A stretch of DNA of 64,000 nucleotides, taken from the NCBI RefSeq assembly GCF_018977255.1, contig NW_024705001.1:1-64000 (forward strand), written 5' to 3'. Below are positions 1 through 11,157 of this stretch, one piece after another. Positions within the stretch are counted from its first letter, which is position 1; the number at the start of each line of letters is the position of its first letter. A program made the translations under genes and the position numbers. This DNA is from Callorhinchus milii. Its lineage: Eukaryota. The notes below the pieces were generated by a model. That model was not told the origin of the DNA and did not search any database. It saw nothing but the letters and a program-made list of their open reading frames with translations.

Positions 1-1354
1 TGATATTGATAATCTTTGGATTTGCTGTAGCGCCTTACCACCACTACGAGACGACTCAAAACGCTTCACAGAATCTACTTTGAAGTGAATCAAATCTAAA
101 TTTTTTGACTGCGGCAAATTGTACAATAGAGGGCGTCAATGTATTATCGTTTTCCAATTCTTGATGTTGAAAGTTTAAGTCAACTAAAATCGCGACTTTA
201 AAATTTTCTCCTAAATTACGACGAAGTTCCGAAGAAATATATTTGGTATTCGCGGAGAATTTCAAAGAGTGGAGAAAATAAGATAAAACTGATAAATTTT
301 CCCTGTAATAGTACCTTCAAAATTAATAATAGTAATTGTTTAAAACACAAAATACGGCAGATGCTGGAATCTGAAAAAAAATCAGAGAGCTGGTAAAAGT
401 CAACAGGTCATGCAGCATCCATGGAGAAAAGAAAGTTAGTCAACGTTTCGGATCCTTCGGTGAAACTGAATAACAATGTTTGTTCACTTAATCACTTAAT
501 CCACGATTGTTTGTGAAAATGCTGTGGGCAATGGTCTGCCGTTTATCGCCCACAAAATATACGGTCAATTCCTTTACATTATGTTCTGTGAAGCGTTAGA
601 GACGTGTCGAAGACGCGAAGATACTATTATGAAATGCAACGATCATTATTATTAGTAGTAAACTAATAATTGGTCTGTCTGTTTAGCTGACGTTAACCAT
701 AACATGGCACTGTTTGAAATATATCTCAAATTACTCTTTTGTTTTCCAGCAATGGCTGTCATGAGCAACCGTTTCTGAAGAACAATTGATGCTTGATCAG
801 ACAATGTTGGCACTTTGTTTCAATATTATTATCGGAACAACTTTTCAAGTCAACCCATGGATACGATTATGATCCTTCAAATAAAGCTAGTTCACTTTCC
901 CGCTGTTATTTTTTTGGGGCTCAAAACGTGTGCAAAACATTCACCATGCGTAAGAGTATCCAATTCATCCCAAAGATTTCCATGTATTCCACCTACAAAT
1001 GGAAATCCCAAAGATAGAATGTTGGAATGGAATACAAGCTCTCTCCCTGGAGGGACACATCTTTATTAACTAATTCCGTGGAGCATTAGACGCAAGTTGG
1101 CAAGAGCCAAAGCTTGGGTCCTCAGAGTGTGCGTTGGGTTACCTGCTTTAGTCTAACTGGCTAAAACTGCATAGCTTTCCTATCCAGCAAGGTTTTCCGT
1201 TATGTGTCCATCTATCGCTTTCCTTTCCGTTAGTGCTACACATGCAGGGTTAACAGGAGCCGAGTGAGAGGATTCACTGCCCAAAGAGACTAGTGAAAGG
1301 CGCTATATAAAAGCAATCAGTTGTTCTTTCTGAAACGCGGCTGAGATGTCAATG

Positions 1355-1390
1355 AGGTGACGTAAGTCTGTGGCTCCGCCAATGCCAATA
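1355..1390 (+). promoter_or_regulatory. Putative V-gene promoter (CRE-like GGTGACGTAA plus two CCAAT boxes) upstream of the V-A leader
   Basis: TGACGTAA at 1358-1365 and CCAAT at 1379 and 1385, ~70-95 bp 5' of the leader ATG. The block is conserved upstream of the paralogous leaders at 13708 (GGTGACGCGA, 13611) and 28010. CRE-like elements are known in TCR V promoters. Confidence 0.5.
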
Positions 1391-1452
1391 ATCACTGCGG
1401 GTTATCAGCAAACTGATGCCACAGACACAACCACACGAACTGAAGAGTAGCA

Positions 1453-2338
1453 ATGAGGCTGTTTGCTGTGTGTCTTGTGCTGGGTAACTTTATGGCAGGT
1501 GAGGCTGTGCTGAGCTGATAGATTTCTACAACAATTGGTGGAAGGAGTCCTGTAATTTAGAGAAGGGAGCGTTCACCTCACAAACGAGAAGATCTTGGTT
1601 TGGTTACTGGGCAGGGTGAAAACTTAGGCAATTTTCATTACTCCACACACATAGCTCTGCTTACACAGGAGCTACAGGTATCCTGTTGCTGAACGCAGGG
1701 GTAGCAATCCAAATCAAATAGTAATGTGTTCGTTCATTCGACGTTACTTTGTGTAACACTCCTATGCTTGAACAGCTGCCGCGTTTAGCCCAAAAATGTA
1801 CACAACGGTTCACTTTACAGCATAATCTGTGAAGGACGTTCAAACGTCTTAACTACGTGATAATGTTCTATGAAATTCATTGATTATTGTTGTCTCAGTA
1901 TTAACAAATAACATGCTCGTAATGGCTTTCGGGTCAACGGACATCCAAAGGCGCTGAAAAATTAAATCAAATAAGCAGTAAATAATATACTGTCGTGCTC
2001 TTGCATGTTTACTACAGAACTCTGTGGAGGGGACACTGTCAGTCAGAAGGCTGCTACGATAGTATGGAAAGAAGGAGATGCTGTGACTTTTAATTGTACC
2101 TTTTCCACGAATGAGAGCGCTTTCTTTCTGTTCTGGTACCGACAATACCCATACAAACAACCAGAGTTTATGGTTTGGAGATTCTCATATAATAATAAAG
2201 AAACCAAAGGAGCTGCAATTGAAAGTAGATTCTCTTCTCAGCTTGACATTATCCAGTCTGTCACCAGCTTATCCATCTCTGAGCTGCAGGTGTCTGACAC
2301 CGCTATGTATCTCTGTGCCACAGCCTCGTACAAAAACT
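1453..2338 (+). pseudogene. TCR alpha/delta V segment (V-A), open frame but RSS heptamer deleted
   Basis: Leader 1453-1498 (MRLFAVCLVLGNFMA G|gtgag). V exon from 2018 (cag|AA): ELCGGDTVSQ...FNC...WYRQ...DTAMYLCA. After TGTGC the sequence runs straight into CACAGCCTCGT-ACAAAAACT; relative to the paralog at 28876-28912, 37 bp including CACAGTG are missing. Confidence 0.85.
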
Positions 2339-2489
2339 ACCCTGGCTGTGTGAGCTTGGTCTTTCCAACTGATCAACTCAGATTATTCAGAGTCAGGTTT
2401 TGTGTGCAGCGAACCTCTGGGGAAACCACATTCACCACAAGTCAGTATTTCTGCAGAAAGTCCACGTAATTTTGTATCACAATTTAAAG

Positions 2490-3070
2490 TAGGTAAAATT
2501 AACTCTCAGTTGGGTGAAGCAGCCCAACTATTATAAGGAAACAGTTGAATGTGGCAGAAAAGGCAGATAAACCTGTTAAAAAAGAAAACATACGGGTCCT
2601 AAATAGGAGCATAGAATACAAACGTCAGGAAGTTCCGATGAAACTTGATAAAACACTGGTTAGGCTTCAGCTTGACACTCTGCTCTGTTCTCGGCCCACA
2701 ACTTAGGTAGGATATCAAGGCATTTGAATGGGTGCAAAGCAGATTAACCAGATTGAACCAGGAATGAGGGACTTCAGTTTTGTATGGAGGAGACATAATA
2801 TAATTTTTCAAAATAATGAGGGAATTCTATATGTGGAAAAATGGGAAACTATTTCCTCTTGCCACTGTGTCAAAAAGGACACCAATCTAAAATTTATGAT
2901 GAGAGAAACGGTGGGGAGGGGAGTATATCTTTTTTTCCTACAGCGTGTTGTTCGGATCTTGAATCCATTGCCTGAAATTGCAGTGGAAACTGAAGCGACA
3001 ACAAAGTTTAAGAGAGAAATTGATTACTTGGAGGTAAAATACTTTGCCAGTTGTTTCACCTTGGGAAAAG
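2490..3070 (+). mobile_element. Decayed CR1-clade LINE 3' ORF2 fragment
   Basis: Contains CR1-type motifs (..aaaacactggttaggcttcagcttga.. ~ 'KTLVRPQLEY'; QRVVRIWNxLP-like). Duplicated at ~29095-29670. Ends approximate. Confidence 0.65.
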
Positions 3071-5375
3071 ATCAGCTCAAACAAGATCCTGTGTAAAAAC
3101 GTACCAACATTGCCGCTTACACTTCAAAATTATATCGAAGTTATACTGATACAGGGCGTTTTACAAAGCCTTGGAAAGTACAGCCTTACACCTGATCTTC
3201 GGAGGGTTGGTTGGAGTGGGTGGGATGGGGGAAGGAGTGGTGGTCGGAGGGATTTTTGGAGGTGAGAGCTAATGAGACAGATTTTCTTTGGTGAAAGTTG
3301 TGATTGGGGAGCTGGAAGGAGAGGGTAGTAACTGGGCGAAGTGGGGAAGCTGGGAGGAGTATTTGATGGTAAGGAGGAAAGACATTGGGAAGCGGTGGTT
3401 GAAGAGGAGAGAGTTGAGATGGAGGGTCTTTATCCGAGTGGAATATCAAGGGTGCACGACTTATCCTGCACTCAATGGATAGCCGAGTAAATCTAAAAAA
3501 ATTAGTCGCGTCGTAAATATATCCATGCTGACAAAAACATACACGGTTATTCTCCTCAAACACCTTTAGATGTCGCCATATAACAATACAACAAAGCGGT
3601 CTTTTATAAAGAAGCTTTCACATTGGGAGAAAGCCCAATTACCAGTGAGCACTGCAGATAAGGTGGAATACTATATCTTTTTGGAAAGAACACTAATGGC
3701 GCCACGAGAGGACCGATTGTGATACCCGTGTGGGGCGAAAACTTAGGGAAGTTTCCTTATGCCAAATGTCGCTCTTTACCATGCAGTAAATTGGAATCCG
3801 TTTGCTAGCCCATTGGAGTATCGCTTTCTGGGGACAATAATTCATCCAACAAGAAACAAAGAANNNNNNNNNNNNNNNNNNNNNNNNNNNNNNNNNNNNN
3901 NNNNNNNNNNNNNNNNNNNNNNNNNNNNNNNNNNNNNNNNNNNNNNNNNNNNNNNNNNNNNNNNNNNNNNNNNNNNNNNNNNNNNNNNNNNNNNNNNNNN
4001 NNNNNNNNNNNNNNNNNNNNNNNNNNNNNNNNNNNNNNNNNNNNNNNNNNNNNNNNNNNNNNNNNNTAATAGGCACAGAAATAAGCGCATCAATAAGCAC
4101 AGCAATGAATATATACATCAAATAATATTTCGGTCTCTCAAACCACCATTATATCGGACTACTGCTGTGCACAATTACCAGCCTCATTTCACTCACACAA
4201 TACAAGGTCATTCCAATTTGCAGTGTATGTTCAGAAGCAATTTTAGGTGTCTCAAAGACGTGCTGAAGCTCTACCTGAAATTCGAGAAACTATGATTATA
4301 GGGATAAATTTGGGTTCATCATCATCGAAATTATCACCGCTTCCTCACACACAACCTCAAAAAGGAATTGTGCACCTAACTCATCATGGAAGTCAAAAAT
4401 AAACTCAAGGTTCTGTTTCCATCGTTGATCAGCTCACCCTCAAACCGCTCAATCACCTCGATCCTCAGTACAGAGAAGTCTCGTAGCGCTTCATAGGACA
4501 TACAGTAAAGGACGGGCAAAACCTGGTAGATGATTACACACATTTTTTCTTTCAGTGATCAAATTTTTATTGCTATGACTATTTCTAAGTGATTTTTACC
4601 TTTGAAACGCTATCAGTTTATCGAAAGCAAGCGAGATCCTAGCCGTTGCTGGATATACAGATACGCGTGTGCGATTTGTGTCTGTTTGTGAGTGTATATG
4701 TCTGTGTGTGTGGGGTAAATAAACTTGCCTAAGTTTTCAACGACAGACAGACAGAGATGCACAGAAATACAGACAGAGAAACTGGCCGAGGCACAGCTCA
4801 ATAATAATCCTTAGTTTCGATACAGCGCTTTTTCATGTAGTTAACACTTGTTAAAGCTTTTCAAAGGATATACTGTGAAGTAAACATTCTAACATCTGCC
4901 TCCGCTTCCTTCTCTCGGTCATCGTGCGGCGCTACATCCCTGTATCACTCACTGTGCGCACTTCAGCATTTATAAATGCCCCAAACCTACACCACTTTAC
5001 CGAATGTTTCCCCCCTCCTTCTCCAACATCGTCAATCGCATGACCAATCACAAGAATCGCGGCTGCCTTGACCGGGCTGCCCACTCAGTTGCTGAACAAT
5101 GTAATGGAACTCATTCCAAGTCAAAGGTGTGTTAGAAGCTGCTTCATGTGTCTTTACCAACTCTCAGTAAGGTCCCACTCTACAACACACAGCCTTTGTC
5201 CCACTCTCAGTATCAGTTTATAATTCCTTTCGTTGGCTCCACGTCGGTTGTCCATTTAATCCTAATTCAGCTTCAACAGTCACGACATATCGCCATCTTC
5301 TGCCCGCTGATCTCTGGCACAGTGAATCAGTCCCTTTCCTCAAGTAGGGTCTCCCCACGCCGACGGAAATCCAAC

Positions 5376-5421
5376 ACCCCGCCCACCCCTCAAAGCCTCT
5401 GACACCAGCCATGATGTGACG
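5376..5421 (+). promoter_or_regulatory. Putative NAR-TCR V promoter (CCCCGCCCACCCC box plus TGATGTGACG)
   Basis: The same two motifs lie ~110-155 bp upstream of all three NAR-V leader ATGs (TGATGTGACG at 5412, 19248, 32028). Confidence 0.45.
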
Positions 5422-5531
5422 CTGTTCAACACAAAGAAATCAAATCTCCAACGCTCTCACAGAGCAGCCCTGTGTTACTCACAGTCACTCTGAGGTGTCC
5501 GGGGTTGACGGTATCTCCTAGCGGTGAGAAA

Positions 5532-6253
5532 ATGTCTCTCCTCGGTGTCTCCATCAACTTCCTCTTCTTACAATGTAAGTTTTTGTTTCCATAACACAGC
5601 ACTACAAAGCACCAATGAATGTCATCAATACGATGTGCAATATAATAATACAAATCCTTGCATTGATACAGCGAATGATAACGTCAATGAGGCTTCTCAA
5701 AGTGCTTCATGGAAAATAAGGTGAATTGACTTTTTAGTGGTCGACACGTGGCAGGCAAATGAGATACATTTTTTTCATAAATGTATTTTATCATGCATTA
5801 TAATAATTCTCATCAATTGATGTTATAACTACAATTCATTTTATGACCATCTTATATCAGTTGGCATCAACCGAAATAATTCCAAGCCTTGGGATGTAAT
5901 TTTAATAGCAGTGGTTAGTATTGAAATTTTCTTTAACTGATGTAATATTTTGTATAATTTTCAGATGTTTTCAGTGCCTCAGTAAAGCAGACGCCATCCT
6001 CTTTTAGGAAAGAAGAATGCGACTCTTTGACCATCAGTTGTGTCTTTGAAGAAGGGTACTATGATACATTCATCAACATTGAATTTCATATGCAGTTTGG
6101 AAAAAGCACAGCTTGGAATCCCATCCCCCGTGAAAGACGTTTTGTTGTAAAGGCAGACAGGGCATCGAAGTCGTCTTCTCTGGAAATTAATGATTTGAAA
6201 GTTGAAGACAGCACTGACTACAAATGTACAGCGCGATACTCTTACCATAATAC
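5532..6253 (+). CDS. NAR-TCR V segment, cassette 1 (IgNAR-like V, leader + V exon)
   Basis: Leader 5532-5574 (MSLLGVSINFLFLQ T|gtaagt). Exon 5965-6253 gives YVFSASVKQTPSSFRKEECDSLTISCVFEEGYYDTFINIEFHMQFGKSTAWNPIPRERRFVVKADRASKSSSLEINDLKVEDSTDYKCTARYSY. It resembles IgNAR V (VFTARVDQTP...ESLTINC...SKSFSLRINDL...YRC) and has the short, CDR2-less FR2-FR3. Confidence 0.9.
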
Positions 6254-6291
6254 CACAATGCTGTACCTGGGCTTCCGACAATACAAAAAAA
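6254..6291 (+). other. RSS of NAR V1: CACAATG-22 bp-ACAAAAAAA
   Basis: Heptamer 6254-6260, 22-nt spacer counted directly, nonamer 6283-6291. Confidence 0.85.
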
Positions 6292-6735
6292 CCCTTCACC
6301 AACTCACAGGAAAATCACAGAGAATGTGAACTTCTCAATGTTTCAATACACATTCGTCACTGGTATGTGATGCACAATGATATGTAATAGCACTTCCTTG
6401 AGAAAACGACCTTTGTTTAAGAATACTTAGGAAAAGTGAGTGAGTATGAACCTGACGTAAGGACGATGGTGTCCTATTCTGCCTTGTTCAATGTGTCGAA
6501 ATTTTGCTTTCGAAATATGTTACTTCAAGCAGATGTTTGGTGGAGCTTTATAGAAAAATGTTCTTATGGCCGTGCACTTTGTCTGTATTTGGGTGGAAAT
6601 AATATCGAAATTAAACATGATTTGGAAGCACAAAATATTGGAAGATGGGACAGTGTTGGAGTGATAGCAATTAATGACCAATTTGAAATCAAATCATGTT
6701 ATTGGTGACTCGTTTACACCATGAACTGATTGCAC

Positions 6736-6828
6736 AGTTTTTGCACCTTGTAGATTGTGAGCCGTGTGACTGTGGTTTTAAAGAATATACCGAAGAAGGA
6801 TCACCAACCTATGTAACCGTAACGAAAA
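6736..6828 (+). other. NAR-TCR J segment, cassette 1, with 23-RSS
   Basis: AGTTTTTGC (6736-6744), 23 nt, GACTGTG (6768-6774). J 6775-6828 = FKEYTEEGSPTYVTVTK A|gtaagt, phase-1 donor. GSPT replaces the GSGT of the other two J segments. Confidence 0.85.
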
Positions 6829-7845
6829 GTAAGTGAGAAATGCACCTGCAAATTTGCAGTTCACATGAATTTTATTCACATGAATTCGTAAAATGCTTTA
6901 TTCGAAGTCATTGCTCCCAAATATATACAACTGAGCCATTTCAACACACCACTTGACCGATTATGAAAAACAATTTGTTGTGGAAAAGATAAATGAGCTC
7001 CGAAACTTGTTTCGCAAATAACCAGCTTTTATGTTGTGTTTTGTAAATTCACTGAATTAATCTGGGAAGTAGCTCCTCAGGAACAAGCACAGAGGAAATG
7101 TTGAACGAAATTAGGGTCATTTATTAGAGCCACGTATGTTGAGTTAAAGGACATATTAGAAATTCCCATCATCCTATAATGTTCCGAACAGTGTACAATT
7201 GAAAATGGTTACGTTTCATTGTGAAATATTGTATAAATTGCTCCTTCCAACAAACCGCAGTTTTGAAGTTCGGTCAATATTCTGAAATATGAGATCACAT
7301 TCCTCTCTCCATCTATGCTGGTGTGATCTCTGCAATATCTGTTGGTACAGGCAAATAGATACACAAGCATAACGAGAAATATTCTGTTTGACGAAATGAA
7401 AGATATCAAAGTTGAGCAAAGATTGAAAAGAGGAAAGAATCAAAGAAAGAACCAAACAAATATACAAGCAAACAAAAAACAAGAAAAGAAAAACAAGCAT
7501 GAAAAAAGATTTGCAAGCAAGAAAGTAACACGAGAAGAAAGAAAGAATGATTAAACGAGATAGAACGAAAGAGAGAGAGACAGAGAGGGAGCGAGAGAGA
7601 GAGAGAGAGAGGGAGAGGGAGAGAGAGAGAGAGATAGGCNNNNNNNNNNNNNNNNNNNNNNNNNNNNNNNNNNNNNNNNNNNNNNNNNNNNNNNNNNNNN
7701 NNNNNNNNNNNNNNNNNNNNNNNNNNNNNNNNNNNNNNNNNNNNNNNNNNNNNNNNNNNNNNNNNNNNNNNNNNNNNNNCTCAAGTGAAAGTGCATTGAG
7801 CGGCTCACAGACTGAGAGAAACTGATATTGGCAACAAACCAGAGA

Positions 7846-7905
7846 CCAAACCTCCTCCAGCAGCGATGTTATAGTCCAAACCTCCTCCAGCAGCGATGTT
7901 ACAGT
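7846..7905 (+). repeat. 30-bp tandem duplication in the J-to-supporting-V intron
   Basis: CCAAACCTCCTCCAGCAGCGATGTTA(T/C)AGT twice. Single copy in cassettes 2 and 3. Confidence 0.85.
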
Positions 7906-8339
7906 AACGACATTTACAGACGGGAAACTTTCGATTTGCTGCAACTGTTAACCCACTGAGTTAACGGTACAAACTGACACCTGATTCTCTGCTAAACATT
8001 CCCATGATCACCGACACCCAGAGCCTCAATGTGGGCAATCCGATACAGCAAACAGGTGTAAGACTAGACAAAGAAATCTGATTTAAATGGTGAATTTCTC
8101 AGAAATCATATAAATTATGTCACAGAAATAGCCGCAAGGATACTGGCTGCGCTAAAATCTGGCTCAGCTACAGGAGTTCTCTACTTTAACCGATTCCTGC
8201 TCTTTCTACCATTGATGTAACATTAATTATTACCTTCAATTTAACGCCTTTCAAAACACATTCGAAAAAGTCTCAAGGCCTTGGACAGGGTGAATGATAG
8301 TTAGCAGAACAATTTCTGAGCAGAGGGACTTCATTTATA

Positions 8340-8708
8340 TAGAAGCGACGAGTGTCTGACAATTTTTTCCTCAGAGCTTCGAAGTTTGACATGAGATTTA
8401 ATTGAAATTTTCACATTTGTGAAGGGTTTTGATAGAGCAGCAACGATAAAATGTAAAATATTTCCACTCGCCAGTGGATCGGTAATTAGAGATCCTAATT
8501 GTAAGATAAAAGAACACGAGTGTAGATAATGAGGATTCATTTGCACACTCTGAAAGTGTGCTGGAAGCAGATTCGAAAATAAATTTCAGAAGGGGAAAAA
8601 TATAGAGGATTATGTGAAAAGCTCGGTGGAGGGGGATCGGTTGTGCAGCTATTTACAAAGCCGAATTGCCTCTTCTATGGTGTAACTTTCCATAATTCCA
8701 CGACTCTA
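8340..8708 (+). mobile_element. Old CR1 LINE 3' fragment
   Basis: CR1-like 3' sequence (..gggttttgatagag..; ends gccgaattgcctcttctatggtgtaac...gactcta). A paralog lies at ~21800-22220. Confidence 0.55.
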
Positions 8709-8734
8709 ACTAACCTGTAATGTGCATTCTGCAG

Positions 8735-9036
8735 GAAAGAGTTATACAGTTTCCCAGTCACCGCCTGAACAAACCGCGATTGCTGGTGAGAGGATCAATT
8801 TACATTGCCAATATTCAGGAATCTGCGGACAGGATTTCAGCGTCTCCTGGTACCGTCAGTCCCCTGGCGAGGCACTGGAATACCTGCTCCACAGAAAACC
8901 CTCAGGAGAGGGAGGAAATCCTACAAGAAATAATATTTTTGCTTATCTTGACACTGCCAAGAAAATCTGCGTTTTAACCATCGCCGACCTGCGGCTGACA
9001 GACTCCGCTATGTATCACTGTGCACTCAGTCTGCAA
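8735..9036 (+). CDS. Leaderless 'supporting' TCR delta V segment, cassette 1
   Basis: Acceptor ctaac...ttctgcag|GA, phase-compatible with the J1 donor. (R)KSYTVSQSPPEQTAIAGERINLHCQYSGICGQDFSVSWYRQ...DSAMYHCALSLQ; CDR1 Cys; open frame. No leader exon was recognised between 6829 and 8734. Confidence 0.88.
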
Positions 9037-9075
9037 CACAGTGTTACACATCATAGGAAGCCTCGTACAATAACC
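9037..9075 (+). other. 23-RSS of supporting V1: CACAGTG-23-ACAATAACC
   Basis: Counted directly. Confidence 0.9.
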
Positions 9076-9295
9076 CTCATCACAACCAAAGCTGGGAAAC
9101 AGTACAGTACAGTTGGTGGCAGACAGTTAAACTAATCCTCTCCCAACTGCCACCGTGGCCTGAACATGATCAAGTTCACATCAAGACAACTAAATAAGTG
9201 ATAGTTTTCTTACTGTATATTTGAAATGTTTTTCATCAACAGATATCAGATCCAGATGAATATTTTTGTAAGTTAGACATGGTGATGAAAACCTT

Positions 9296-9800
9296 AACAA
9301 AACCACAGCAAGAAGAGCAACAAGATTTCATTTATAGAGCGCCTATCACGTCGTGAGGACGTCCCAAGGCGCTGGACAGTTGGGTCAGGACCAGAGGAGG
9401 GGGGGGAAATGGTCAGGGGGAGGGGAAAGGAGGGAACGAGGAGGGGGAAATGGCCAGTGTGAGGGGAGCGGAGGGAGCGAGGAGAGGGGAAATGGTCAGG
9501 GTGAGGGTAAGGAAGGGAGGGAGCGAGGAAAGGGGAAATGGTCAGGGTGAGGGGAGGGAAGGGAGGGAGCGAGGAGGGGTAAATGGTCAGGTTGAGGGGA
9601 GGGAAGGGATGGAGCGAGGAGGGGGAAATGGTCAGGGTGAGGGGAGGTAAGGGAGGGAGCGAGGAGGGGTTAGAGAGTCGAGAGGGGAGCTGAAGGCACG
9701 ATTGAATAGAACGGTCTTGAGACCGGCCTTGAAGGAGGAATGGGAGGAAGCGACGAAGGCACTGTGGGATGGAGTTCCAGAGCCTATGGGCTGAGAGGCT
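9296..9800 (-). mobile_element. L2-clade LINE 3' end with 3'UTR tandem repeats
   Basis: The minus strand encodes ...[10 protein letters not shown]...[15 protein letters not shown]. It carries several ~46-bp CCCTCCCTTCCCTCCCCTCACCCTGACCATTTCCCC units and a tail matching the L2 at 35-36.8 kb. Confidence 0.8.
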
Positions 9801-10807
9801 AAAATATAATAACAAGTATAATACTCCTTGCGTTTGATTTCGTGCCTTGTCGCTTCATTGAGACCGCTCAATGTGCTTTACAGAATACATTTAAGCTTAG
9901 TTGAGTGTATATTTTTTTTGCTAAAACTCCATAGCCAATTGTTCATTGGATAGAGTGGGGGAGAATATTCTCAATTCTGTTCGTTTATGGTCGATAAATA
10001 ATATTATGATCCACAAATCTGCACTGTAAAACATACGGTAATCACTTACTCACAGAATTTTTGTGAAATGATATCATAATGTCAGTGGAGTCCTATACTT
10101 CAGTGGTTAGATTTCTCGCTTCGCAAGCGTTTGGACTTGGGTTCGAATCTGAGGAAGAGAGAAATGTTTTCAAGTTTACTTGTGCAAAACACACGACTCT
10201 TTTGGCCTATAGCCGAGTAGGAAACTGGTTGTTATTCGATTAGTGCTTAATTTTCCAGGGTAATAAAGCTGCAAACTATAGGCAAAGAATAACATTATGG
10301 AAACTCAATCTACGACTGTTTTTTGGAGACTCATGCTCCATTAGAAAATATACAATCGCTCCATCAAAGACAAGGTTTATTTTAATGTTATTTACGGTTG
10401 AAGAATTCAAGTTGATCAATGATTTGAAATGGCATTGACGGGATAACTGAAATAAAGAAACGTACGGGGTTTGAGGCAGACTTGGTTCTTACTTGACTTA
10501 CTTCAGCACACTAGGCTCATCTTTTTTGACAACCCAGTATGGAAAATTAATCCTGGAAATGAAGGAACAACAGCTTTTATATATTATCGATTTCGGTACG
10601 CAGTATAACATAAAGCTCTTCAAATGATTTTACAATGAGGTTGACTTGCTACGTGCTTTGAAAGATAACACGGCAGCGTATTTGCGCTGCTCACCTTTGG
10701 GCTGTGAAATTCACTATTATTGGGCCTGATGTTCACGTCTTTCTCTCTCACCCTTAAAACAATTAGGCTTTGTGTGACAGCGAATAACATGTTCTCTCTG
10801 GTTTTAG

Positions 10808-11157
10808 GGACGAGGAATGGAGTCAGTGTTGAACCATGACAGATGGATGGAAATATCTGTTATCGAAGGCGAGACTGTGACCCTGAGCTACAGCTACTCT
10901 GCTGATTTCAACAATGTTTTAATATTCTGGTGCCGTCAGTATCTATGCGAACCTCCTCTGTACACAAGGAGACATGATTGTGATGGGGAGACATTCACTG
11001 CTGAATTTGCATCGCAATGTTTAAGGCCAAATCTGGACACGAGCAGGAAGAGATCAACTGTATTTGTGTTCCCCGTGGCTCTATCAGACATGGTCACATA
11101 TTACTGTGCCATCACACGCACACTGTTATTGTCAGACTGCACCACTGTGCATAAACC
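10808..11157 (+). pseudogene. TCR V pseudogene (V-B)
   Basis: V-like (EGETVTLSYSYS...IFWCRQ...DMVTYYCAIT), but Cys23 is Tyr, the frame from the acceptor at 10807 is out of phase and no leader was found. RSS CACACTG-23-GCATAAACC at 11119-11157. Confidence 0.75.

Noticed and set aside
1296-1320. TATA box (TATATAAAAG) for V-A
   Set aside because: It is part of an old SINE/L2 tail (gtgaaaggcgctatataaa) and lies upstream of the CRE/CCAAT motifs.
3864-4067. N runs (also ~7640, 18478, 20967, 30467, 34371, 62193, 63081) as assembly gaps hiding genes
   Set aside because: They sit inside simple repeats and recur at paralogous positions in the duplicated blocks, so they look like masked tandem repeats. 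ORFs reading through them are artefacts.
6445-6470. Cassette 1 as a germline-joined V-D or D-J (GGACGATGGT resembles D cores)
   Set aside because: Both the V RSS and the J RSS are intact and the D-like 10-mer has no RSS or coding-joint context, so a simple deletion explains it.
9400-9670. CRISPR-like or regulatory repeat array
   Set aside because: These are spacer-less tandem units belonging to the L2 3'UTR in a vertebrate genome.
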